64,000 nt of DNA. Origin: Candidatus Anstonellaceae archaeon. GTDB lineage: Archaea > Micrarchaeota > Micrarchaeia > Anstonellales > Anstonellaceae. Every line of letters begins with the position of its first letter. The stretch's first letter is position 1. Below, in pieces: positions 47,382 to 57,474 of the stretch. The notes beneath the pieces are model-generated. The model had not been told where the DNA came from. It searched no databases and saw only the letters and a list, made by a program, of their open reading frames with translations. The translations under genes and the position numbers were made by a program. The DNA lies in contig JAWAEW010000001.1 of assembly GCA_038891035.1 (NCBI GenBank), forward strand, positions 7,262-71,261, read 5' to 3'.

Positions 47382-47918
47382 TTGAAAAAGGTGGTTGGGT
47401 TGGACTTTTTCGAGGTTGTTGAAAAAAGAGTTTCCGTAAGAGATTTTCTGCAAAAGCCAATTGAGCCTGACAAGCTCAAAAAAATACTCTCTTCGGCTCT
47501 TCTTGCCCCTTCGGCAGGAAATCTCCAATCTTACCGGATAGTTGTAATAAAAGACGCAACTCTGAAGGAAAAACTTGCTTGCGCATGTTTCGCGCAAGAG
47601 TTCGTTTCGCAAGCGCCTGTTGTGCTTGTTTTCTTAGCAGACAGTATGCGCTCACAAGCAAAATACGGCACTCGCGGCGCAAGCCTTTATTGCGTCCAAG
47701 ACGCAACAATTGCAGCAGCCTACTGCCAGCTTGCAGCAGCAGCACTTGGGTTGGGAAGCGTATGGGTAGGGGCATTTGAAGATGAAGAAGTTTCATCTCT
47801 TGTGAAAGCAAAACAGCATGAGATGCCAGTTGCAGTATTGCCAATCGGATATGCGGCCTGTCAGCAGATAAGACCAAGAAGGCAATCAATCACAAAAAAA
47901 GTATCAGTTGTCCCATAA
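47382..47918 (+). CDS. Nitroreductase family protein
   Basis: RVSVRDF, APSAGNLQ, QDATIA, GLGSVWVGAF. Confidence 0.9.
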   Translation: MKKVVGLDFFEVVEKRVSVRDFLQKPIEPDKLKKILSSALLAPSAGNLQSYRIVVIKDATLKEKLACACFAQEFVSQAPVVLVFLADSMRSQAKYGTRGASLYCVQDATIAAAYCQLAAAALGLGSVWVGAFEDEEVSSLVKAKQHEMPVAVLPIGYAACQQIRPRRQSITKKVSVVP

Positions 47919-47962
47919 ATTCTTTGGATATGCAGTTTAGTTTTCTTATTTTTGTGAAGAAG

Positions 47963-48035
47963 CGCCCCGGGCAGGACTTGAACCTGCGACCTGTGGATTA
48001 ACAGTCCACCGCTCTACCAACTGAGCTACCGAGGC
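47963..48035 (-). tRNA. tRNA-Asn(GTT)
   Basis: GCCTCGG/CCGGGGC acceptor, GTGGA-CTGTTAA-TCCAC, GCAGG-TTCAAGT-CCTGC. Confidence 0.95.
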
Positions 48036-48037
48036 AA

Positions 48038-48130
48038 TGCCACAGGCCGGATTTGAACCAGCAACACATCGGTTTCAGATCTCATTTTGAGTCTTCAGCC
48101 GATTGCTCTCCCAGGTTGAGCTACTGTGGC
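48038..48130 (-). tRNA. tRNA-Phe(GAA) with 19-nt intron (48074-48092)
   Basis: GCCACAG/CTGTGGC acceptor, ATCGG/CCGAT anticodon stem, intron hairpin CTCA-AAA-TGAG. Confidence 0.92.
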
Positions 48131-48212
48131 ACAGTTGCATGTTTGTGCAGTGGTGATTATAAAAGATTAGCCTTTTCAAAGCGATTTTATTGTTTGTGCA
48201 AGAAAGATTTGC

Positions 48213-48638
48213 ATGGTTTGGAAAATCGATGAAGTGGATCGCCAAATCCTGCAGATTTTACAAGCTGATGCCAGCATCACAAACGAAGAGATCGGCAAAA
48301 AAGTAGGGCTTTCTGAACCTGCTGTTAGACGCAGAGTAAAAAATTTAGTTAAGCAAGGGATAATAAGGCGTTTCACAATCGACATTTCAGAAAGCTGGAG
48401 TGTGAGTGCCTTAGTGCTGGTTTCGACTTCACCTGAAGCCAACCAAGAAAAGCTGATGAAATTGATCTGCTTGCAGGAATGGGTCAAATCCGCATGGGAA
48501 ATTTCTGGCGAGATGGATATTGCAGTGATGGTTTGCGCGCCAGACCTTGAATCGCTCAACAGATGTATAGATGAAATAAGGAAAATAAGCGGCGTAGTAA
48601 AGACCCAAACCCACATTATAATGAAAAAAAGGAAATAG
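48213..48638 (+). CDS. Lrp/AsnC family transcriptional regulator
   Basis: IDEVDRQILQILQADA...GLSEPAVRRRVKNL..GII, SGEMD, GVVKTQT. Confidence 0.93.
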   Translation: MVWKIDEVDRQILQILQADASITNEEIGKKVGLSEPAVRRRVKNLVKQGIIRRFTIDISESWSVSALVLVSTSPEANQEKLMKLICLQEWVKSAWEISGEMDIAVMVCAPDLESLNRCIDEIRKISGVVKTQTHIIMKKRK

Positions 48639-49778
48639 CTAATTTCTCATCAAATCCGAAAATATCCTGACCAGCTGCAAATAGCTTTTCTTTGTTATCC
48701 ATTCATTTGCAGAGTGCTCATTTGCACCAAGCGGTCCAACACTTATCACAGGCACCTCAAGCAAAGCAAGGACGTTTTCATCTGCGACAGATGCTCCATA
48801 AGCATAAACAGGCTTGCCAGCATGCTTTTTTACTGCAGCCTCAACCAGCTTTACGGTAGGGCTTTTTTTGGGAGTAAGATAAGGCGAAAGATATGGGGTT
48901 TTGCGCGGCTTTAGGTGCACTTGGATGCGCTTTCTGTTTATTTCTCTAAATTCACCTCTAGCATAAAGGGATCTGATAAAAGCCTTGGTTTGCAGAAGTG
49001 CAGTCTTAGGGGTTTGCGGTGGGACGAGATGGCGGTCAAGCTCAATAATTGCCTCTTGCGGAACAGAAAGTGAGGTGCTTTCTGCACAGATTCTTCTGAC
49101 AAATTGGGTGGGCGGAGGGAGAAGCGGATGCGAGCCAAGCTGTGCATTCATCTTATTCAGATGCATCACCAGTCGGCAAGCTTCATCTATCGCATTTATC
49201 CCCTTTTGGGCATGCGCACCGTGGGCAGAAGTACCAGGCACAAAGATTTCAAGCACGCATCTTCCTCGTCTGCCCAAAGTTATCTGCCTTGGCCCAAGAC
49301 ATCTGCCTAATGCAGACGCAATCTCCCCAGTAATTACTGCCTCCACGTCATTTGCGAATCCGCTTTTCAGTAAAGCAAAAGCACCCTCAGAGATGTTTTC
49401 CTCATCAACACAAAATGCAACCTTTATTCTTCTTTCAGTAGTCTGTTTGCAGGCGCAAATAGTTGCAGCTATCCCCGCTTTCATGTCAAATACTCCAAGC
49501 CCATAAAGCCTTCCATCCTTTTGCGTGAGGCAAAATGGATCATGACTCCATTTCCCATATGGTGGTACAGTATCCATATGTCCATAGAAAAGTAGAGGCT
49601 TATCTTGACTTCCTCTTTCCCCAACCACGTTGAACCTTCCATCAGGCAGCCAAATTCTTTTGGTGGCAAAGCCTGCTTGCTGGAGCTGTTTTTCGAGGAA
49701 TTCGGCCAATTTCTTCTCGTTTCCAGTTATTGAATTGATAGAAACAATCTTCTTCAAAAGAGAAACTTCGTCCATCAA
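48639..49778 (-). CDS. M20 family metallohydrolase (ArgE/DapE-like deacylase)
   Basis: GHMDTVP, GLGVFDMKAG, DEE, AHG, EHSANE. Confidence 0.9.
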   Translation of the reverse strand: MMDEVSLLKKIVSINSITGNEKKLAEFLEKQLQQAGFATKRIWLPDGRFNVVGERGSQDKPLLFYGHMDTVPPYGKWSHDPFCLTQKDGRLYGLGVFDMKAGIAATICACKQTTERRIKVAFCVDEENISEGAFALLKSGFANDVEAVITGEIASALGRCLGPRQITLGRRGRCVLEIFVPGTSAHGAHAQKGINAIDEACRLVMHLNKMNAQLGSHPLLPPPTQFVRRICAESTSLSVPQEAIIELDRHLVPPQTPKTALLQTKAFIRSLYARGEFREINRKRIQVHLKPRKTPYLSPYLTPKKSPTVKLVEAAVKKHAGKPVYAYGASVADENVLALLEVPVISVGPLGANEHSANEWITKKSYLQLVRIFSDLMRN

Positions 49779-49783
49779 ACCAC

Positions 49784-50743
49784 CTATTTTGCATAAAATA
49801 CCTGAAGAGATTCATAGTCGTGGTTTTGTTGGTAATCAAAATTGCGGTCGCTTACTAGCATGCAATGGAAAGGAAGTCTACCACCATATTCCATCCCGGC
49901 TTCTCGAGAAGATTTAAGTACAGGAAGCCATGGTGCCCTATCTTCTGCGTAAATTAATGCGTCAGGATAGATACTGCGGATAAGCTTTATGGCAGCAACT
50001 TGCAAAGCGGTAATCAGGCCCTTGCCCCTTTCTGCTTTGAAGGTTGCAAAATCAGAAAGCTCAAAAAGCCTTACTAACTGTCCATCCACTTCAAAGCTGC
50101 ACCTCTCTGCAATAAGCACGGAGGCAATTTTGCCCTCGGCATTCCTTGCTAGAACTACTCTATTTCCATTGTTAAGCATATAATTTATGGCGTCCTCATT
50201 TATCTCAAAGGTGTACTTTGCATAAGCTTCTGAATACAAATTAAGCAAAGTTTGAATATCCTCCCTGCCTTTTGTGGAAAAGCAAATCCGATACCCTGCT
50301 CTTTCCACCCTTTCTAATGCCTTTTCTTCGGGGATAGGTTTTATCGTAGAAAGCACACGCTGTATATTTTCCATCTCATTTTTTGTGGTTTCAGCATCAG
50401 GAATCCTTCCTTGTCTGTTTGCACCAAAATAGACAAAATCAAACCCTTCAATTGCTCTGTCTGCAGGAATTTTTGCTTCCACTTCAAACTTTGTTCCCCT
50501 CATTATTTCTTCAATTAGGCCTTTTTTCACAAATGCCCGCACCGTAGTTCTGCTTGCGGAAGGATGCCTGCCTTCAAAATCGCTTATCTTGCAGAAAAAC
50601 TCTTCCAGATCTTCTCTTTTGCAAATCAGCTTTCCGCAAATTCCTTTTATCCTGCTGTTTCTCTCATCATAATAAAGTCCCACAGAGCCTATGCTGCCTA
50701 CCTTCGGATTCTTTGTATAAGCAACTGCCTGCTCAAGCGCCAT
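49784..50743 (-). CDS. GNAT acetyltransferase, resembling beta-lysine N-acetyltransferase (AblB/YodP)
   Basis: YYDERNSRIK N-terminus, ELSDFATFKAERGKGL acetyl-CoA motif, GMEYGGRL. Confidence 0.6.
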   Translation of the reverse strand: MALEQAVAYTKNPKVGSIGSVGLYYDERNSRIKGICGKLICKREDLEEFFCKISDFEGRHPSASRTTVRAFVKKGLIEEIMRGTKFEVEAKIPADRAIEGFDFVYFGANRQGRIPDAETTKNEMENIQRVLSTIKPIPEEKALERVERAGYRICFSTKGREDIQTLLNLYSEAYAKYTFEINEDAINYMLNNGNRVVLARNAEGKIASVLIAERCSFEVDGQLVRLFELSDFATFKAERGKGLITALQVAAIKLIRSIYPDALIYAEDRAPWLPVLKSSREAGMEYGGRLPFHCMLVSDRNFDYQQNHDYESLQVFYAK

Positions 50744-50846
50744 TTTTATCGCATGTTCTTTTGCCCGAAGTTTTTATAAATATAACTTTTTTCGTTTTTT
50801 ATTTTTTTAAAATTATAATCTTTTAGAAAATTTTTAACGAAATTAG

Positions 50847-51308
50847 TTAATTTTCAGATTTCAGCTTCATATGCTCCTTCATCATGCATCTGTCCATGAC
50901 AAAAAGCATCCCAGCTTTTTTTGCTATCGCTTCAGCCTCCTGGCTTATCACCCCCTCCTGAAGCCAGACTGCCTTTACACCCAATCTTGCTGCTTCCTGC
51001 ACCACCGAAGGTACTACTTCCGGCTTGCGAAACACGTCTACTACATCTATCTTATCTGGAATTGATGCAAGATCAGGATAGCATTTTTTACCTCTCCATT
51101 CTTGCAAATTCGGATTTACAGGTACTATGTCGTATCCTTGGCTTGCAAGATACTCTGCTACGTGAAAACTTGGCCGATCTTGTTTGTCAGAAATTCCAAC
51201 AATCGCAATTCTTTTCATGTCCAATATTTTTCTAATAGTCTCTTTCTCACCGGAAAGATAATCTTTCGGAAGGCAAACGTTAGGAGGTTTTTGCATCTCC
51301 CTCACCAC
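50847..51308 (-). CDS. CoA-binding domain protein (YccU-like)
   Basis: IAIVGIS..DRPS, VPVNP, DVVDVFR, VWLQEG, DRC. Confidence 0.9.
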   Translation of the reverse strand: MVREMQKPPNVCLPKDYLSGEKETIRKILDMKRIAIVGISDKQDRPSFHVAEYLASQGYDIVPVNPNLQEWRGKKCYPDLASIPDKIDVVDVFRKPEVVPSVVQEAARLGVKAVWLQEGVISQEAEAIAKKAGMLFVMDRCMMKEHMKLKSEN

Positions 51309-52392
51309 CGTTCATTATCTTTTTTACTACATCAATAGGCGCATTGGTTCTTACAGCAGTTGGGCAAAAGTGCGTTCTTGATGCAGCAAACCCTTCTGCT
51401 TGCAAAGATGATATCATTTCGTTTATCGGAATAATCCTATGCTTTGTTTTAGATGCAACGTTATGCAAATCATAATAGCCATATCCCCCTATTTCACACT
51501 CCTGCCGCATCAGCAGCAGCAATCGATTGATTTGTTCTTTTTCCTGATAATTTCTGCTTTGATTTAGCTGAATCATATCTTGGATAGTACTTTTTTCCCA
51601 AAGCGGACCCATCCATAAAGGGCCTGCCCATGAGATCTTCGAGCCGCAAGAAGAGCAAACAAGAGCCTGAGGCATCCTTTCTGCAAATCTGGCCAAGCAA
51701 GCGGGGCAATAAAGCCCAAATCCTATGCTTTTAACGGCTTCTACTGCTCTTTTTGCTCCAGTGCGCATTTTGAAGATAACCTTTATGTAATGCTGGTGCG
51801 ATAGCGTAAGTATAGGAATCGCCTCGAGATTGAATTGGGCAGAGCAAAGCACAGTTTTTGCTATCAGTATCCTTGCGGCATTTTCATGGCACATATCGTT
51901 GTTTGCAGGCACTGCACCATAGTTTTTTATGCAAGCAGAATAATGGGCCCCACAAAGAACCGCGGTGTCAGTTGCAGTTAAAGATAGGAATCCTTCCTTT
52001 TTTCTAGCAAGGCATTTGCATGCGTCGAACAAGAACAAAGCAGGCGACCCAAAAGGGTCAAGCTCTACGAAGTCAAACTCACCTTCCTGAAAAAACAATG
52101 AGGCATCCTGCCTTTTCACAGAACATCTGATTTTATTTGCCTTTGCATTTTTTCTTGCACATTGCGTGGCAATCTTGCTCCGGTCGCACAGTGTCAATAC
52201 CCCTACATTTTCATTTTCCTTTTTGTAGCGTAGCCCCCTCACTCCACTTGCGCACATTACATCGGCAACCGATATTTCCTTTCTGACCGCCCCCACAGCA
52301 AGACTACATATACTTCTGCAAAGCTTCATTTGCGGATTGTAAAATACTCCTTTTGGGACGGAAAGCTTAACTAAACCTTCAACTATTTGCAT
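51280..52392 (-). CDS. trm1: tRNA (guanine-26-N2)-dimethyltransferase
   Basis: VFYNP, ASGVRGLRY, LDPFGSP, TATDTAVLCG, GPLW, SRTHF. Confidence 0.93.
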   Translation of the reverse strand: MQIVEGLVKLSVPKGVFYNPQMKLCRSICSLAVGAVRKEISVADVMCASGVRGLRYKKENENVGVLTLCDRSKIATQCARKNAKANKIRCSVKRQDASLFFQEGEFDFVELDPFGSPALFLFDACKCLARKKEGFLSLTATDTAVLCGAHYSACIKNYGAVPANNDMCHENAARILIAKTVLCSAQFNLEAIPILTLSHQHYIKVIFKMRTGAKRAVEAVKSIGFGLYCPACLARFAERMPQALVCSSCGSKISWAGPLWMGPLWEKSTIQDMIQLNQSRNYQEKEQINRLLLLMRQECEIGGYGYYDLHNVASKTKHRIIPINEMISSLQAEGFAASRTHFCPTAVRTNAPIDVVKKIMNGGEGDAKTS

Positions 52393-52443
52393 GCTTCACT
52401 TCACTTCAGCAAGTGATAAAAAACATTATTGGAAAAGAGGCTT

Positions 52444-53685
52444 ATGCAAGTTGAAATACGGCGCTCGATAATTTCAGGCAGGCGGCCTGCCCCACCTTCT
52501 GTTGCAGTTGCGCATCGTGCAATAATTGCAGCATCATTTGCAGATGGACAAAGTTTAGTCTGGCCAGTTTTTCCTTCAGCTTCACTGGATGCCACCATCT
52601 CGATTTGCAATCAGATTGGAGCAGACATAATGGTTGGAGATGGAGTAGCAGACATAATCGGGGGAGGGGAAATAGTCCCAAAAGATATTCTGGATTGTGC
52701 AGAAAGCAACACTACACTCAAGCTTTTCATGGGAATATTTTCCCATCTTCCAGTAGAAGTGCGTTTTGTAGGCAAAGGAAAGCTTTTGGAAACGAATCTC
52801 CGCCCATTTACATATTTTATCGACTATTATTCAGGCTACACTTTCAACCCCTCTTCCTCCTTGCCGCTTCAGCTTCGGGGCCCGATTCAAAATGAGGAAA
52901 TAAAATACCCTCCTTTGCTTGGCACTCAGTTTCTTTCTGGGCTTATCTTAGGCGCACCACTCAATCCTCAAACTACAGGCATTGCAATTGATGGGACTTT
53001 CAAAGACCCACATTGCCTGCACGAAACCATAAGAATAATGAAGCAGGCAGGAATTGATTTTGTTGCTGATTATGATGATTTGATTGTTATACAAGGTGGG
53101 CAAGGCTTTCTGCCTCTTGGAGACTTTGAAGTCCCAAAAAACAAGAAAGCAGCATCTTACTTGCTTTTGGCAGGTGCGGTTGCAGGAAAATGTACTGTAG
53201 AAGGAATCTCCGATTATCCTCGGCTTGAAGCAGTGCTGTCGCATTTTGGTGCAGTGGTAAAATCAGAAGAATCTTCGATTTCAGCAAGTACTTCTTTTCT
53301 GAAAGGCTCGGATTTTGACTTAAGCACTGCCAAAGAGCTTGCATGCCATGTTTTGGTTCTTGCTTGCTTGGCCGAAGGTCAAAGCAGGCTGCTTGGCTTT
53401 CAAAAGCTACCATTTCACATTCAAGAGAGACTTAAGCGCCTGAAGTTTGAGCTGTCAAAGATGGGTGCTTCAATAATCGAAATCCCCGAAGGTTTCCTGG
53501 TAGAAGGTGCAACGCTTCATGGCGCTGATTTGGACTGTAGCAAAGACCCAAATATTGCAATGTCCTGTGCTGCAGCTGCCTTATGCGCCCAAGGCCCTAC
53601 AACCATTAATAATGCAGAGTGGGCAGAGAAAATTTTCCCCGGATTTTTCCGCGAGCTTGCGCTACTTGGCGCAATAATTCGCTAA
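52444..53685 (+). CDS. EPSP synthase (AroA)-fold protein with degenerate active site
   Basis: AroA length and motif spacing, but [31 protein letters not shown] and DPNIAM replace the catalytic motifs. Confidence 0.75.
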   Translation: MQVEIRRSIISGRRPAPPSVAVAHRAIIAASFADGQSLVWPVFPSASLDATISICNQIGADIMVGDGVADIIGGGEIVPKDILDCAESNTTLKLFMGIFSHLPVEVRFVGKGKLLETNLRPFTYFIDYYSGYTFNPSSSLPLQLRGPIQNEEIKYPPLLGTQFLSGLILGAPLNPQTTGIAIDGTFKDPHCLHETIRIMKQAGIDFVADYDDLIVIQGGQGFLPLGDFEVPKNKKAASYLLLAGAVAGKCTVEGISDYPRLEAVLSHFGAVVKSEESSISASTSFLKGSDFDLSTAKELACHVLVLACLAEGQSRLLGFQKLPFHIQERLKRLKFELSKMGASIIEIPEGFLVEGATLHGADLDCSKDPNIAMSCAAAALCAQGPTTINNAEWAEKIFPGFFRELALLGAIIR

Positions 53686-53795
53686 ATTTCACCTACTCTT
53701 CTTTTGAGTTTGCGTTTGAGTCTTTTGCGCCTTTTTTTGAGCCATTTCCAGCGCATTCTTCCCTTCTTTTTCCATTTCCTTGGTCTTGCTCCCAA
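53682..53795 (-). CDS. rpl41e: Ribosomal protein eL41 (L41e)
   Basis: TTG start after AAGGTGA. (M)[36 protein letters not shown] matches the Thermococcales-type L41e pattern. Confidence 0.85.
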   Translation of the reverse strand: MGARPRKWKKKGRMRWKWLKKRRKRLKRKLKRRVGEI

Positions 53796-53839
53796 GCAGT
53801 TCACCTTCAACTTTTTTAACTTAGATAGAATTAAAAAAC

Positions 53840-54055
53840 TCAACCCTTTTTCCAGGGCTTTCTGTAGGCATCCAAAAGCCCGTGTGCATAATTTATGCAT
53901 CCAAACGCAGTAAGAAAGTCTTTTTTCTCAAGAAAATACTTCGCATCTTGGCAATACTTTTCTGCAAGCTCTATCACATCTTTATTGTGTCTTGTGCGCT
54001 TCATTTGCTTTAGGTTTTCATAAAACTGCGCAATATCAGATTCAATCCTCTCCAT
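53840..54055 (-). CDS. DUF357 domain protein
   Basis: [16 protein letters not shown]...[10 protein letters not shown]. Confidence 0.85.
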   Translation of the reverse strand: MERIESDIAQFYENLKQMKRTRHNKDVIELAEKYCQDAKYFLEKKDFLTAFGCINYAHGLLDAYRKPWKKG

Positions 54056-54630
54056 CAGATCCTCTCCATATACCTTGCTCTGCTTTCTATCTTTATTGCA
54101 GCCTCAACAACGTTTCGGCTGCCTTTTGCGCTAAGGTAATGCCTGACAAATCCTTCCCCCAAACTGCCAAGCGCATGCTTCATGGTTACTAAATCAGTTG
54201 CCTTATCTTCAACATCTTGGCTTATGAATGACAGCCCAAAATCAATAACTGCCATTCCTTCAGAAGTCACCATCAAGTTTGCAGGGGTGTAGTCACCATG
54301 GATTATATCATATTCGTGAAGCTTTGCAAGAATTTTTGCAGCCTCCTTTATGTGCTTAGATGTAATCTTTCCTGTTTGAAGCATTCGATGAAGCATTTTT
54401 CCTTCAATAAATTTCATTAAAATTGAAAATTCATCAACATAATAAACAACAGGGCAGATAATTCCCGCTTGCTTTGCGCGGGCAAGCACTCTGGCCTCTC
54501 TTTTTGTCCGGCTTTCGCGTATTGCCAAATCTAGCTGCCTATTTCTGTAAGTCTTCGGGGTTCTTATTTTTCGGACTGCTTTGCACCCAAGAAATGTAGA
54601 TTTCCTTATTATTGCCTCTGCACCCCTCAT
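54055..54630 (-). CDS. bud32: KEOPS kinase Bud32
   Basis: GAEA, KxRxxKxYR, RTKREAR, IIHGD, IDFGL, EDKATDL. Confidence 0.9.
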   Translation of the reverse strand: MRGAEAIIRKSTFLGCKAVRKIRTPKTYRNRQLDLAIRESRTKREARVLARAKQAGIICPVVYYVDEFSILMKFIEGKMLHRMLQTGKITSKHIKEAAKILAKLHEYDIIHGDYTPANLMVTSEGMAVIDFGLSFISQDVEDKATDLVTMKHALGSLGEGFVRHYLSAKGSRNVVEAAIKIESRARYMERI

Positions 54631-54635
54631 GCAAA

Positions 54636-55262
54636 TCAGCGCAACAGTCCAGGCAAAAAGGCAAGCCCTCCAAAGCTTATCAGCACAGATACAAGCCAGA
54701 CTTTCACATCCCAGTGAAGAACTTTGCTTCCGTCAAGCGGATAGATTGGGAGTAAGTTGAAAAGCGCAAGAGAGAAGTTTATTCTGAAACCCAACATGCT
54801 AACTACGTGGATTATTTGATTTGAAGAAAATATTGCTGCAAGCGCAAGGAAAATTATTCCAACCACCCAATTGGTAGCAGGGCCAGCAAGCGAAATTATT
54901 CCATTCTCCTTTGCAGTTATCCTTCTCATAGAATAAATGTATACCGCACCAGGAGCTATGAAAAATATCGGCAGCCAACCTAAAATTTGAGGCACGATTA
55001 CAAGACCCAAAGCCAGCGCAAGCCCAAGCGGCCATGCTTTGAAGGCAGCCCTTGCACCATACCTTATAGCAAAATATTTATGGGCAAGTTCATGAAGCAC
55101 AAAACCACTTCCAAGCGTTACAATTGCTGCTGCCATAGAAAAAATGAATACTGATGGTGAAATCGAAAGGCCAGAATCATAAAAAGTAAACACTAGTGCA
55201 ATCGTTAAGATTGAAACTATTATTTCCAGTGCCTCTTGCCGCCCGACATAAAAGTCATTCAC
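54636..55262 (-). CDS. Site-2 (M50) intramembrane metalloprotease
   Basis: HELAH, APGAV, AGP, NLLPIYPLDG. Probable GTG start. Confidence 0.9.
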   Translation of the reverse strand: MNDFYVGRQEALEIIVSILTIALVFTFYDSGLSISPSVFIFSMAAAIVTLGSGFVLHELAHKYFAIRYGARAAFKAWPLGLALALGLVIVPQILGWLPIFFIAPGAVYIYSMRRITAKENGIISLAGPATNWVVGIIFLALAAIFSSNQIIHVVSMLGFRINFSLALFNLLPIYPLDGSKVLHWDVKVWLVSVLISFGGLAFLPGLLR

Positions 55263-55266
55263 ATAC

Positions 55267-57420
55267 TCACCTATACATTGTATTGTGCTCCCCTCTTGCA
55301 AACTTCTTTATTCTTTCTACGTAAGCTTTGGTAACTGAAGGCTTGACCACCTTCAGAGCATCTTCGAAATCCTCAGAGGTAACTTCCTTTGCGTCTATGT
55401 TTTTTCTTATGGCGTTCATCCCGGCCTCGCGGCACAGGTTCTCCAAGTCAGCCCCAGTGTAACCTTCAGTTTTTCTGGCAATCTCCTGCAGATCCACATT
55501 CTTTGCTATCGGCATATTTCTGGTGTGAACTTTAAGTATATCGACTCTTGTCTTTTCATCAGGCACAGGTATCTCAATTATTCTGTCAAACCTGCCGCTT
55601 CGCAACAAGGCAGAATCTAATATATCTGGCCTATTAGTGGCGGCAATCACCACAACATTTTTCAACCCAGTAAGACCATCCATCTCGGTCAGTAGGGTAT
55701 CAACTACTCTTTCTGTTACGCGATGCGATTCATCCATCCCTCTTTGAGGTGCAATTGCATCAATTTCATCAAAGAATATCACGCACGGCGTTGCCATGCG
55801 GGCCTTTCTGAAAGTTTCGCGAACAGCTTTTTCTGATTCGCCAACCCATTTTGAAAGCACCTCTGGACCTTTGACTGATATGAAATTGGCTTCGGTTTCA
55901 GTTGCAACGGCCTTTGCAAAGAGGGTTTTGCCTGTTCCAGGTAATCCGACAAGCAATATGCCTTTTACTGGGCGGATGCCCATTCTCGCAAACACTTCTG
56001 GTCTCTTGAGAGGAAGCTCTACAGCTTCCTTAAGCTCCCTTTTGACTTCCTCCAGTCCGCCAATATCTGACCAGCGCACATTTGGCTTTTCCACAAAAAC
56101 CTCGCGAAGTGCAGAAGGTCTTACCTCCCGTAATGCATTGAAAAAGTCTTCACGAGTCACCTGCAGATTGTCCAATATCTCAGAAGGTATGAAGTCTTGC
56201 GCCAAGTCAATCTTCGGCAATATCCTTCTGAGAACTTTCATTGCGGCCTCTTTTGTCAAAGAAGAAATATCTGCTCCAGTATATCCATGAGTTAATGCGG
56301 CAAGTTCATCTATATTTACATCTGATGCAAGCGGCATGTTACGTGTGTGAATTTGCAAAATTTCCTTTCTTCCTTGCTGGTCTGGAACACCTATTTCAAT
56401 TTCTCTATCAAACCTCCCTGGCCTGCGCAAGGCAGGGTCAATGCTGTTCGGCCTATTGGTTGCCCCAATTACAATTACCTGCCCACGGGCTTTCAGCCCA
56501 TCCATCAATGTCAAAAGCTGCGAGACCATCCTGCGCTCTACCTCACCCGTCGCCTCTTCTCTCTTTGGAGCAATTGCATCAATTTCATCCATGAATATTA
56601 TCGATGGAGCGTTTTCCTGTGCTTCTTTGAATATCTGGCGCAATTTTTCTTCTGATTCTCCTACAAATTTGCTTACCAGTTCAGGGCCTCCGATATGGAT
56701 GAAGTTTGCCTCACTTTCAGAAGCAACTGCCCTTGCAAGTAAAGTTTTGCCTGTTCCAGGAGGGCCATAAATCAGCACGCCTTTTGGAGCCTCAATACCA
56801 AGCCTCTCAAAAAGCTCGGGATGACGCATAGGAAGCTCTACCATCTCTCTTATTTTCTGCACCTCCTCCTTCAGCCCACCGATATCTTCATATGAGATGG
56901 TTGCAACCTGCCCTCCTTCTTTCTCAGGCATCTCTTTGAGTAGAACTTCTGTGTTTTCATTCACAAGCACGATGCCTGCTGGCTGAACAATGGTTGCAAT
57001 AAGGGGGAAAGAAGTCCCAAATATCCCAACAAAAATAGTATCCCCTCGATTTATAGCCCTTCCAATAAGCTTCTTTTTGACAAACTGGTCAAAGCCAGGA
57101 GAGTATTTCATGGGCTGTGTTGGGGTAAGCACAATCTTTTTTGCCTCTTTTAGCTCAGCTTTTTTGACTATTATCTTGTCCCCAAGCGCTACCCCAGTGT
57201 TTTGGCGCAGGTATCCATCCATTCTGATTATATTCAATCCCTCATCCTGTGGATGAGCCTGCCACACCAATGCAGCGGTGCTTCTTTTTCCCTTCAGCTC
57301 AACAATGTCGCCAGTAGAAACATCAAGTTCCTTTCTTGCTTTTGAGTCTATCCTAACCAGCCCGCGCCCAACATCATTTTGCAGTGCTTCTGCAACTTTC
57401 AGCTCGATTGCCTTGCCCAT
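55267..57420 (-). CDS. cdc48: CDC48/VAT AAA+ ATPase
   Basis: N-domain plus two AAA modules ([26 protein letters not shown]). Confidence 0.96.
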   Translation of the reverse strand: MGKAIELKVAEALQNDVGRGLVRIDSKARKELDVSTGDIVELKGKRSTAALVWQAHPQDEGLNIIRMDGYLRQNTGVALGDKIIVKKAELKEAKKIVLTPTQPMKYSPGFDQFVKKKLIGRAINRGDTIFVGIFGTSFPLIATIVQPAGIVLVNENTEVLLKEMPEKEGGQVATISYEDIGGLKEEVQKIREMVELPMRHPELFERLGIEAPKGVLIYGPPGTGKTLLARAVASESEANFIHIGGPELVSKFVGESEEKLRQIFKEAQENAPSIIFMDEIDAIAPKREEATGEVERRMVSQLLTLMDGLKARGQVIVIGATNRPNSIDPALRRPGRFDREIEIGVPDQQGRKEILQIHTRNMPLASDVNIDELAALTHGYTGADISSLTKEAAMKVLRRILPKIDLAQDFIPSEILDNLQVTREDFFNALREVRPSALREVFVEKPNVRWSDIGGLEEVKRELKEAVELPLKRPEVFARMGIRPVKGILLVGLPGTGKTLFAKAVATETEANFISVKGPEVLSKWVGESEKAVRETFRKARMATPCVIFFDEIDAIAPQRGMDESHRVTERVVDTLLTEMDGLTGLKNVVVIAATNRPDILDSALLRSGRFDRIIEIPVPDEKTRVDILKVHTRNMPIAKNVDLQEIARKTEGYTGADLENLCREAGMNAIRKNIDAKEVTSEDFEDALKVVKPSVTKAYVERIKKFARGEHNTMYR

Positions 57421-57474
57421 ACAAACCCCTTCTTAAAAGTAGCCTAACTTTTATAAAAGAAGAAGCCTGAAAAT

